A stretch of DNA of 64,000 bases, taken from positions 250,225-314,224 of the forward strand of contig CAYZJA010000001.1 of assembly GCA_964479005.1 (NCBI GenBank). The letters run 5' to 3'. The DNA comes from an uncultured Candidatus Saccharibacteria bacterium (lineage in GTDB: Bacteria; Patescibacteriota; Minisyncoccia; UBA6257). Each line of letters opens with the position of its first letter. Position 1 is the stretch's first letter. Both the position numbers and the translations under genes were made by a program. Under the pieces are notes generated by a model. That model had not been told where the DNA came from. It ran no database searches and saw only the letters and a list, made by a program, of their open reading frames with translations. Shown here piece by piece: positions 37,637-45,745 of the stretch.

Positions 37637-37920
37637 GATTCGAACCTACAACCTACTGGTTACACCTAATCTCTAAGTTTCCTTAAAGGGTGGACTATAT
37701 CTTCACCTTGTCTGTTTAAAACAGATTTAGGTGTCTCGGTATCTAGTCTCTACGGCGCCCCCGTGTTATAACACAAGGTTCCCACGGTATTAGCATAGTT
37801 TGATATTATCAAACTTTAGCCTTCACCGTTATCCCGAGATGTTCATTCCAAGGTTTCCCCTGAAAGCTGCGAAATAGGAATCATCCACAGCCAGACGCTC
37901 TACCATTGAGCTACCGCGGA
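37625..37920 (-). tRNA. tRNA-Asn (anticodon GUU) interrupted by a ~224-nt group I-like intron in the anticodon loop; CCA not encoded
   Basis: 5' exon TCCGCGGTAGCTCAATGGTAGAGCGTCTGGCTGT (37887-37920) + 3' exon TAACCAGTAGGTTGTAGGTTCGAATCCTACCCGCGGAG (37625-37662) give cloverleaf with U1-A72, G73, loop CUGUUAA, T-loop GGTTCGAATCC. Confidence 0.7.
37663..37886 (-). other. group I (IC3-like) intron within tRNA-Asn
   Basis: Begins after exon U and ends with G; internal guide GCAGCU 17 nt in can pair exon GGCUGU (U.G at splice site); contains GUAGAGACUAGA...CACCUAA matching the J8/7-P7-P9.0 segment of Azoarcus/cyanobacterial tRNA group I introns; GGGGAAACC near 5' end. Confidence 0.6.
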
Positions 37921-37937
37921 ATGTTTTGATTATACTA

Positions 37938-38555
37938 TTATTTTTTTGATTTATCAAATAGATTATTGGTTTTGGCAACTATTGGGCCTTTTGATTTGGA
38001 ATAAAGTGATTTTTTCCGTTTATTATATGGAACTTCTGCTGGCGAAGATAAAAATTCTACTGCTATCTGACAAATATGCATATCAGGGTATAAAGCCACT
38101 GGCAAATTAGATTGATTGCTAATTTCCAATGTCAAAGTCCCCTCAAATCCTGGATCTACAAAACCAGCTGTATGCACTAAAATTCCCATTCTGGCTAAAG
38201 TGCTTTTGCCTTCTATCTTTAAAACCATATCATCTGGCACTTTTACATATTCTTTAGTGCTAACTAAAATAAAATCATTGGGATGTAAAATAAAAGATTC
38301 CCCTATCTTTACTTTTTTAGTAATAATAAAATCTTCGTCTGGCAACCTTTTTTTAGTATCTAAAAGGCATTGCTTGGTAACATTAAATTTTTTAAAAATC
38401 GGCCCTAATTTCAAATCAATAGAAGCAGGGCCTATTTGACCCTTACTTAAACTCGGTTTAAAAATTAACTTTTTACTTTTTATTACCTTTTTTATATCTC
38501 TGTCTGAAAGAATCATATTATTTTTAATTTTACCTTTATATTTAGAAATTATCAA
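37938..38555 (-). CDS. dcd: dCTP deaminase
   Basis: MILSDRDIKK...GQIGPASIDLKLG... trimeric dUTPase-fold Dcd signature. Confidence 0.85.
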   Translation of the reverse strand: MIISKYKGKIKNNMILSDRDIKKVIKSKKLIFKPSLSKGQIGPASIDLKLGPIFKKFNVTKQCLLDTKKRLPDEDFIITKKVKIGESFILHPNDFILVSTKEYVKVPDDMVLKIEGKSTLARMGILVHTAGFVDPGFEGTLTLEISNQSNLPVALYPDMHICQIAVEFLSSPAEVPYNKRKKSLYSKSKGPIVAKTNNLFDKSKK

Positions 38556-38562
38556 CCTATAT

Positions 38563-38628
38563 AAATAAAGACAGCGCAGATAGATATTATCTTTATTGAT
38601 TGATAATTCTATCTGCGCCCTTAGTCTT
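38563..38628 (-). terminator. hairpin GCGCAGATAGA..TCTATCTGCGC followed (minus strand) by T-rich tract
   Basis: 11+6 bp inverted repeat; lies between tRNA-Gln and dcd. Confidence 0.5.
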
Positions 38629-38949
38629 AGGTAGATATAGGTATGGGTATTACTTTTAAATTTCCTGAAAATACTCCCCTTTTTGCTGTTCTCATATTTC
38701 TTATTATTACCCTATTTTCACAATCACCATATTTAGTTCCTGTTTTGTATACATCATTATATTTACTTATACCACCAAAAACCCTAAACATTGTTCCCTG
38801 TTTTAATTCAAGCAGTTTCATTTTCATTTCCTCCTTTATATTTATTTAATATACCTAAATCTTCTATTTTTTAAGATAAATTTCAATGTGCAATCTTTCA
38901 CTAATCCTAGTATCATTAGGATAGCACATTGGTAATACATTGTCAATAG

Positions 38950-39020
38950 CTGCGGGACCTGGATTCGAACCAGGATATCATTCTCCAGAGGAATGCGTCC
39001 TACCATTAGACGATCCCGCA
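38950..39020 (-). tRNA. tRNA-Gln (anticodon CUG), CCA not encoded
   Basis: Minus strand TGCGGGATCGTCTAATGGTAGGACGCATTCCTCTGGAGAATGATATCCTGGTTCGAATCCAGGTCCCGCAG: U1-A72 and G73 as in bacterial tRNA-Gln, anticodon loop CUCUGGA, T-arm CCTGG-TTCGAAT-CCAGG. Confidence 0.8.
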
Positions 39021-39028
39021 ATAATTTC

Positions 39029-40120
39029 TTAAAGCTCTTGGCTAATGCATATTTCAAAAGGCAATGTTGGGATTGGTGTTCGCCTAAGTTGTACCTGAAT
39101 TTCAATAAATCTTCCTAATAATTTCTCAAGATAAGGAGTATTAAAAAACTCTGCCTGCTTAAATAAAGTTGTCATTTCCTCAGAAGTTGTATCCTTTTCC
39201 AATAATTTCCCCAGTGTTGGAGAAATTTTAAGCAATAAAACTTTTCTTAAATAATTCAACACTTCTTTGTTAAAAACCTCCAAATCATAGCCTTCATCGT
39301 AAATCTTGCTAATAAATTCCAATGCTTTTTCTTTATTCTTCTTTGCCAAGCAATCAATAAATCTTTTTATTTTTTCAAAATTAATAGCCCCTACTAATTC
39401 CTCTACCGCTTTTTTTGTAATATTTTTTTCTGTTACTAAAGATATTTGTCCTAATAATGATTCTGCATCACGTAGATCCCCTTCAGAATAAAGAGTTATT
39501 AATCTTAATGCTTCCTCTTCAAATTTTATTTTTTCCTGTTTGCAGATATAAATGAGACGTTTAATCGTATCATTTAAATTTAATTTTTTAAAATCATAGC
39601 GTTGAACTCGAGAAAGAATAGTCGCAAGTAGTTTATCTGGTTCTGTCGTAGCTAAGATGAAAATTACGTACTCTGGCGGTTCTTCCAGGGTTTTTAACAA
39701 AGCATTAAAACCTTCTTTGGTTATTTGATGCGCTTCATCTATTATAAAAATTTTATATTTGGAATTAATTGGTGGAAATTTGATATTTTCCCTTAAAGAA
39801 CGAGCATCTTCAATCCCACGATTAGAAGCAGCATCTATTTCTATCAAGTCCAAAGAATGTCCAGCATTAATCGCTTGACAGGACTCACATTTATTACAAG
39901 GCTCAAATTCATTGGATTTTCGGTTTTGGCAATTTAAGGCCTTAGCTAATAAACGAGCTACTGTTGTCTTTCCTACTCCACGGGGTCCGGAAAAAAGATA
40001 GGCATGAGCAATTTGCCCTTGTATAAGGGCATTAGATAAGGTCTTGATCGTATTTTTTTGATTGATTACTTCAGCAAAAACCTTGGGACGATATTTGCGA
40101 GAAAAAACAAGTTGAGCCAT
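39029..40120 (-). CDS. dnaX: DNA polymerase III subunit gamma/tau (short form)
   Basis: Walker A GPRGVGKTT, zinc module CQNRKSNEFEPCNKCESC, DEAH (IIDEAHQIT), SRVQ sensor. Confidence 0.85.
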   Translation of the reverse strand: MAQLVFSRKYRPKVFAEVINQKNTIKTLSNALIQGQIAHAYLFSGPRGVGKTTVARLLAKALNCQNRKSNEFEPCNKCESCQAINAGHSLDLIEIDAASNRGIEDARSLRENIKFPPINSKYKIFIIDEAHQITKEGFNALLKTLEEPPEYVIFILATTEPDKLLATILSRVQRYDFKKLNLNDTIKRLIYICKQEKIKFEEEALRLITLYSEGDLRDAESLLGQISLVTEKNITKKAVEELVGAINFEKIKRFIDCLAKKNKEKALEFISKIYDEGYDLEVFNKEVLNYLRKVLLLKISPTLGKLLEKDTTSEEMTTLFKQAEFFNTPYLEKLLGRFIEIQVQLRRTPIPTLPFEICISQEL

Positions 40121-40169
40121 AATTTGTATATTGTAGCAGAAAATAGAGGAGTTTAAAAGAGATCCTTCG

Positions 40170-40595
40170 CTAATGCTCAGGATGACGGGAGAAAACCAAG
40201 TATTTATAACCGAAAAAGTTGATTAAAGTAGTAAAGCTAGCAGCAGCTAATGCGCTGATATTAGCCCAAATATAAGAAGAAATTCCGCAAATTGGTCCAA
40301 CAAGATTCACTAATGCAGAAGCCAAAACTATATTAAGACCAAAGGTGATTAAAGTAATTGTAAAAAACTTGGAAAATTCTTTTTTTTCAAGTTTGTTTCC
40401 TCTCTTAAAAGTCCATCTTTTATTCCAGATATAACTATTTATAACGGCACAGGCAAAGGAAATCGCTATAAATATTGAATAATAAAAACCAGAGGTAATT
40501 CCTGTTAAAAACATTAATAAATTTAGAATACCGAAGGCAATGACAAAATTAGAGAGTCCAACTAAAATAAATTTTATAAATTGGATAGAAAACAC
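40170..40595 (-). CDS. GtrA-family membrane protein
   Basis: 4-TM 141-aa protein; FIKFILVGLSNFVIAFGILNLLMF pattern typical of GtrA. Confidence 0.65.
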   Translation of the reverse strand: MFSIQFIKFILVGLSNFVIAFGILNLLMFLTGITSGFYYSIFIAISFACAVINSYIWNKRWTFKRGNKLEKKEFSKFFTITLITFGLNIVLASALVNLVGPICGISSYIWANISALAAASFTTLINFFGYKYLVFSRHPEH

Positions 40596-40601
40596 AATAA
40601 A

Positions 40602-42965
40602 TTATTTATATCCTTTGCGGATTTCTTCTTCAATTTCATTACGAGGACGAGCATATTTGGAAGAAGAAAGTTGTTTTAATGATTCTTGTTTCTTTGTATC
40701 AGAATCTATTGGTTTATTTATTTTTACATTAAATGCCCGTGAAACCTGACCTTGAATTGTTAATTTAATATAAGCATCAAAATTATCAAGATTGATTAAA
40801 TCATAAGCACTGAAGACCGGAGCAAAATATTTAGCCAAAAACTCAGAATCTTCATTTCCTATCCGAAAAGAAATAATCGTTCCCACATTACCAAAAACAG
40901 ATTTAAGAATTGGCTCTTTTAATTGTCCCAAAAACTGATTGGCAACCGTTAAGTTAAGGCGATATTTTCTAGCTTCTGAAAAAATTGTGGAAATTGTATC
41001 AGTAGTAATATTCTGAAATTCATCAATGTAGAGATAAAAATCTTTCCTCTGTTCTTCTGGAATGTCAACGCGGGAAAATGATGCCATCATTAATTTTCCT
41101 ACAATTATCATTCCTAAAAGATAACTATTTATATCCCCTAATAATCCCTTGGAAAGATTAATAATTAAAATCTTTTGTTCATCCATAGCTTTTCGAAAAT
41201 CAATGGATGATTTCTTCTGGCTGATAATAGGCCTGACTAAATCATTAGCCAAAAAAGGATTAAGTTTGGAATTGATATAAGGCGCAACATTAGCCAAAGC
41301 TAATTCCCCACCGGCTTTTTCCGCTTCTTTTTCCCAAAATTCCTTTACCATTGGATTGGGTGTTTTTTCTAATAATGATTTGCGAAAATCAGGATTTATT
41401 AGAATACGCGGAACATCATTCAAAGTATGAGTTTGTTCAGTGTCATCAAGTAGAAGAAGCAACGCATTACGAAAATACTGTTCAAAAACAGGGCCCCCTA
41501 CTGTTTTTAAATCATAGAGTTTATCTAAAATCTCAAGAAGTTCATTAGTCACAAAAGATTTTTGAAAAGGATATTGCCTATCCCATTCAAGCATATTTAA
41601 ACCAAATGATCTTTCAAAATCCCCAGGATTAAAATATATAACATCTTTGTGCCTGGATTCTGGTATCAATCCCATTAAATACTCAGCAGTATCACCGTGA
41701 GGATCAATATAACAGGCACCCTTTCCAGCAACAATATCCTGAATAAACATATTCCTCATTAAAGAAGTTTTACCTGTTCCTGTTTGACCTATTATGTAAA
41801 TATGGCGTTGTCTGTCTTCGTCTAGAATTTTAACTTCTTTTTCTTCCCTCTGAAAGATATTTTTTCCTAAGATTGTCCCCTCTTTTGGTAAATTCAAAGG
41901 CACTGGAGCACTACGAGCGCTTAACCATTTTAAGCGGGAATTTTCCAAAAAAGGATGCGGAAAATGAAATAAAGTAGCAATTTCTAAAGAATTCAATAAA
42001 ACCGCTTTTTTCCTCCTAAAAAGCCGAAAAGAAAAATCATAAACTAATTTCTTTAATCCTTGTTTTGTCTTTATTTTTCTAATTGTCAAACTATTACCAG
42101 TAGGATTAGAGAGAGAGCTAAACGAAGCCTCTAAATGGGATAATAGTTCTTCAGCGCGTTCTTTAGTAGGCGCTGACGCCAACAAACGAACATTAAGAAA
42201 GAAAAGTGGATATTGAGATTTTTCATCTATTAACTTGATTAGATTTTCATCAACGGGTTTGGGTTTTTGTTCTTCAGATGATTCCTTTTTTAATGACCCT
42301 TTTATTAATGAAGAAGATTTTAATATTGCTTCGTCTAAGCTCTTGCCTTCTAAAAGAGCCTTTTTAATTCCAGTAAATTTCTTTTTCGTTCCAATAGTAT
42401 CTGGTTTTATTACTATCTGGAAAGCCGCTCCCTCGCCCCGTGGAATTATTTTAGTAAAGGCGTTAACAACAGTTGATAATGGGTCCTGGTCAAAAGACTT
42501 AAAAGTTTTAATTGGTAAAACAAATGGTTCTTTCAAAGTAAAATCTGACCCGACAACTTTCCCCTCAGGAGAAAAGATTGTATAGTCGTCTACCGGTTCG
42601 ATTTTCGCCGTTGGGAACAGGGACGAAAGAGTTTTTTCAAAAAATTGCGTGTCTTTTTTCAAACAAGCCGCGTAAAAACAAATTTCTTGGGAACTATTAT
42701 GAACTGCTATTTCAAAAATAAATTCTTTTTTATATTTGCTTAAGCTTTCCAATGCTTGCTCGAAAACAGAAACAAAATCAACAAAAGTTTTTTGTTTCCC
42801 CTGTTCTGCTCCGCCAGCTGGAGGAGGAAAATCTCGTGGAATCATTATTAAAAACAATTGGTAATTCAAGCTTTTTTTAATCTCCAAATGAAAAAATCTT
42901 TTTCTGATAAAGAAAAACAAGAAAATTGATAAAACTAAAACAAATAATATCCAAAACAAAAACAT
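40602..42965 (-). CDS. TraG/TraD/VirD4-family (AAA_10-type) P-loop ATPase with N-terminal TM anchor
   Basis: N-terminal TM; Walker A IIGQTGTGKTS followed by ...YIDPHGD; Walker B-like LYIDEFQNI in C-terminal half; overall size and layout like type IV coupling proteins. Confidence 0.5.
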   Translation of the reverse strand: MFLFWILFVLVLSIFLFFFIRKRFFHLEIKKSLNYQLFLIMIPRDFPPPAGGAEQGKQKTFVDFVSVFEQALESLSKYKKEFIFEIAVHNSSQEICFYAACLKKDTQFFEKTLSSLFPTAKIEPVDDYTIFSPEGKVVGSDFTLKEPFVLPIKTFKSFDQDPLSTVVNAFTKIIPRGEGAAFQIVIKPDTIGTKKKFTGIKKALLEGKSLDEAILKSSSLIKGSLKKESSEEQKPKPVDENLIKLIDEKSQYPLFFLNVRLLASAPTKERAEELLSHLEASFSSLSNPTGNSLTIRKIKTKQGLKKLVYDFSFRLFRRKKAVLLNSLEIATLFHFPHPFLENSRLKWLSARSAPVPLNLPKEGTILGKNIFQREEKEVKILDEDRQRHIYIIGQTGTGKTSLMRNMFIQDIVAGKGACYIDPHGDTAEYLMGLIPESRHKDVIYFNPGDFERSFGLNMLEWDRQYPFQKSFVTNELLEILDKLYDLKTVGGPVFEQYFRNALLLLLDDTEQTHTLNDVPRILINPDFRKSLLEKTPNPMVKEFWEKEAEKAGGELALANVAPYINSKLNPFLANDLVRPIISQKKSSIDFRKAMDEQKILIINLSKGLLGDINSYLLGMIIVGKLMMASFSRVDIPEEQRKDFYLYIDEFQNITTDTISTIFSEARKYRLNLTVANQFLGQLKEPILKSVFGNVGTIISFRIGNEDSEFLAKYFAPVFSAYDLINLDNFDAYIKLTIQGQVSRAFNVKINKPIDSDTKKQESLKQLSSSKYARPRNEIEEEIRKGYK

Positions 42966-42968
42966 TTT

Positions 42969-43394
42969 TTAAATTAACTTTTTAGCTTTTAATACTTGGT
43001 AATATCTATCTGCCAAAGAATCGCGTAATTTATCAATTAAAAAAGCATTTCCGCTTTTTAAGGCAGTGCTAACAGCTTTACCAATACTTTCTTCTACTGC
43101 TATGCCTATAAGCTCAGAAAGCTTAATATTGGCTTCTTCTATAACCGAATCAGAAGATTCATCAGATTCATCAGTCTGAGAAACAATTTTAGAAGGAAAA
43201 GGTACCTTCATTTCTGTATCAGGCTTTAAAACATCCATACCAGGAGGCATTTCTTTTAAAGAATCTTCCATTATTTCTTCAATGGTTTCAGCAACTAATT
43301 CTTTTTCCTCGGGAATAGGCAACTCTTGCCGAGTTAATTGCTCTTTTTTAACTTGTATTCGCTTTTTAATTAAATCTATTTCTGTTTTTTCCAT
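42969..43394 (-). CDS. hypothetical acidic protein
   Basis: ORF only, translationally adjacent to the ATPase. Confidence 0.35.
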   Translation of the reverse strand: MEKTEIDLIKKRIQVKKEQLTRQELPIPEEKELVAETIEEIMEDSLKEMPPGMDVLKPDTEMKVPFPSKIVSQTDESDESSDSVIEEANIKLSELIGIAVEESIGKAVSTALKSGNAFLIDKLRDSLADRYYQVLKAKKLI

Positions 43395-43494
43395 TGAATA
43401 TATTATAACAAACTTTCGTTATCACTCAAGAATGTTGAAATTAAAATGTAACCATTTTAATTATAGCAAAAGAACTGAATAATTTCACTGCGTC

Positions 43495-44364
43495 TCACTG
43501 CATTTGAAGGTAGACTTTTGGAAGGTATCGGCAATCTATGTATTCTAAATTACTAAAATCATCCTTCAGCTTTTGCTTTTTTATTTCCATTACTATCTTA
43601 AGCACTTCTGAAAAATCATCGGTTAAGCTATAAAGGACATGAAAACCCTCGTTAACAACTATCTTTATGCTTGAAAAATTCTCTTCTTTAATTTCCAAAA
43701 AATCAATTGAGATTGGACTTTCTTTATCCCCGGCAAGAATAAATATTTTATCAATCTTTTCTAATTTATCTTGAGAAATAACTTTATCGCCCAAAAATCT
43801 TTTTTTTGTATCAAGAATTACTATTTTTTTTAGAAAAGAACCCTGTATTTCCAGAGCTTTTTCAAAAATCACCCCGTTTTTATCCATATAATAACAATTA
43901 TCCTTAATACACCATAAAAAATCGATTGTTCTTTGTTGAATATCAACAGCCAAAGTCGCTTTTCTAATATCTGGCCTTATATCTATTTTTTCTATTTCTG
44001 GATATTGCTTTAAAAGAAGGCCTTCTAAATCAGAGAAAAAGAAGGCTGCATAGCTTTTGTTGTTTTCAAGATATTGCGGAAAAATCTCATAAACCAAAAA
44101 GGGCGTAAAATATCGATTATTTTGTTGAAGAATTAATTCGATTCTTCTGGAAAATGACTGATTAAATCCCTCAATAATTATCTTCTTTATCTGAAAATAC
44201 GGAGAAAGAAAAATAAACCAATAAACAAGGCTAAAAAAAGAAATAGTAAAAAGGATAATAAAAAATATTTTAATTCTCAACCAGTAAATTCTTGAAGCGC
44301 GGCGATTCTTCCTCATAAAATTTGTTATTAAGAAATAACTTTTATTCTGTTCATGTAGGGCCAA
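43495..44364 (-). CDS. FtsQ/DivIB-like cell division protein (TM + POTRA)
   Basis: Cytoplasmic basic N-terminus, single TM, then IKKIIIEGFNQSFSRRIELIL reminiscent of POTRA start of FtsQ; weak. Confidence 0.4.
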   Translation of the reverse strand: MALHEQNKSYFLITNFMRKNRRASRIYWLRIKIFFIILFTISFFSLVYWFIFLSPYFQIKKIIIEGFNQSFSRRIELILQQNNRYFTPFLVYEIFPQYLENNKSYAAFFFSDLEGLLLKQYPEIEKIDIRPDIRKATLAVDIQQRTIDFLWCIKDNCYYMDKNGVIFEKALEIQGSFLKKIVILDTKKRFLGDKVISQDKLEKIDKIFILAGDKESPISIDFLEIKEENFSSIKIVVNEGFHVLYSLTDDFSEVLKIVMEIKKQKLKDDFSNLEYIDCRYLPKVYLQMQ

Positions 44365-45596
44365 AGAACTTTAGGAATCTTTATCTTTCCTTCTTTGGTT
44401 TGATAATTCTCAATAATTGCTATTATTGGTCTTCCAGATAAAGCAGTACCGTTTATAGTATGGACTAATTCATTTTTACCTGTATTTTTATTTTTAAACT
44501 TAATATTCAATCGTCTAGCCTGAAAATCAGTGCAGTTGGAAGTGGAATGAGTTTCTCGATATTGGCCCTTGCCATCATTCTGCCCTGGAAGCCATGCTTC
44601 TATATCATATTTAGCTACAGCAGGATCACCTAAATCACCAGAGCAAATTTGTAATACCTGATAAGGAATTTTTAAATCTTTCATTATTTCCTCTTCTATA
44701 GAAAGCAAAAAATCATGTTCTTTTCTTGAATTCTCTGGTTTAGAAAAAACAAACATTTCTGTTTTATCAAATTGATGAACTCGTAAAATTCCTTTTGTAT
44801 CTTTGCCATAAGAACCAGCCTCCCTTCTAAAGCAAGAAGAAAAAGCTACGTAGCGACGAGGTAAATCTTCTTCTTTAAAAACCTCGTCCATATGCATCGG
44901 TCCAATCATCTGTTCTGATGTACCTACTAAATAAAGATCGTCTTTAGGCAGATAATAGACTTCCTCTGCTCCCCTGTCCAAATAACCCATCCCCCAAAAA
45001 GGACGAGGCTTTATTAAAACAGGAGGAATTATTGGAATGAACCCTTTTTTAGTTAATTTATCAAAAACAAATCTAATTAAAGCAATCTCCAAAATAGCTG
45101 CTCCCCCTTTTAAAATACCAAAACGAGAGCCTGATATTTTTGAAGCTCTTTTTGTATCTATAATATCTAATTTTTCCCCTAATGAAAGATAGTCTTGCGG
45201 AGTAAAGTTAAATTTTGGCTTTTTTCCTATTTGTCTGATAACTACATTTCCTCCCTCGTCTTTTCCTTCAGGAACATAATCTAAAGGGGGGTTAGGAATA
45301 AGAGCCATTGTTTTTTTATATTCTTCTTCTACCTGCTCAAATTCTTTTTCTTTGCCAGTTAAAAAAATTTTTGCTTCTTTTAAAACTTTCATTATCGCAT
45401 CCCTGTCTTTTTCTTTCATAATCTTTTTTTCAGCAGTATTCTTTTTTGCTCTGACTGTTTCTATTTCTTGTAATAAATCTCTCTTTTTTTTATCTAAGTC
45501 AAGAACTTTATCCACTAAAGAAACATCAGCACCTTTTTTTCTGATGCCCTCTTTAATTTTTTCTGGCTGCTCTCTGATGAATTTGATATCTAACAT
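44328..45596 (-). CDS. serS: seryl-tRNA synthetase
   Basis: N-terminal coiled-coil arm (MLDIKFIREQPEKIKEGIRKKG), class II motifs (FRRE..., GSGxxxxR-like GTALSGRPIIAIIEN). Confidence 0.9.
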   Translation of the reverse strand: MLDIKFIREQPEKIKEGIRKKGADVSLVDKVLDLDKKKRDLLQEIETVRAKKNTAEKKIMKEKDRDAIMKVLKEAKIFLTGKEKEFEQVEEEYKKTMALIPNPPLDYVPEGKDEGGNVVIRQIGKKPKFNFTPQDYLSLGEKLDIIDTKRASKISGSRFGILKGGAAILEIALIRFVFDKLTKKGFIPIIPPVLIKPRPFWGMGYLDRGAEEVYYLPKDDLYLVGTSEQMIGPMHMDEVFKEEDLPRRYVAFSSCFRREAGSYGKDTKGILRVHQFDKTEMFVFSKPENSRKEHDFLLSIEEEIMKDLKIPYQVLQICSGDLGDPAVAKYDIEAWLPGQNDGKGQYRETHSTSNCTDFQARRLNIKFKNKNTGKNELVHTINGTALSGRPIIAIIENYQTKEGKIKIPKVLWPYMNRIKVIS

Positions 45597-45620
45597 ATTT
45601 AAAATTTACTTTTTGGTTTC

Positions 45621-45745
45621 ACCCCGTTAGAAATTCTTGGCAAAAATAATTTTTAAAATTATTTTTGCAATCATCTAAATATCTCTAAATATTATATCTT
45701 TTACTATAGATTACTTTTACTTATAAGACTAATTTCTAACGGGGT
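45621..45745. repeat. 15-bp perfect inverted repeat ACCCCGTTAGAAATT/AATTTCTAACGGGGT separated by 95 nt, enclosing a 14-bp AT palindrome (45640-45668)
   Basis: Right arm encodes the last codons and stop of lysS; left arm is ~20 nt upstream of serS start. Confidence 0.7.

Noticed and set aside
37663-37886. Alternative reading of the split tRNA as tRNA-Thr(UGU) (splice after U33) or tRNA-His(GUG)
   Set aside because: Only the splice after ...CUGU lets the exon pair with an internal guide (GCAGCU). U1-A72 plus G73 fit Asn, and the resulting loop CUGUUAA is the canonical tRNA-Asn loop.
38627-38827. 66-aa ORF (MKMKLLELKQGTMFRVFGG...) between dcd and tRNA-Gln
   Set aside because: No motif and it is overlapped by an opposite-strand ORF of similar size. 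It could be a real small protein but there is insufficient evidence.
38842-39105. 87-aa ORF overlapping tRNA-Gln and the dnaX 3' end
   Set aside because: Overlaps a confident tRNA and the end of dnaX. No motif.
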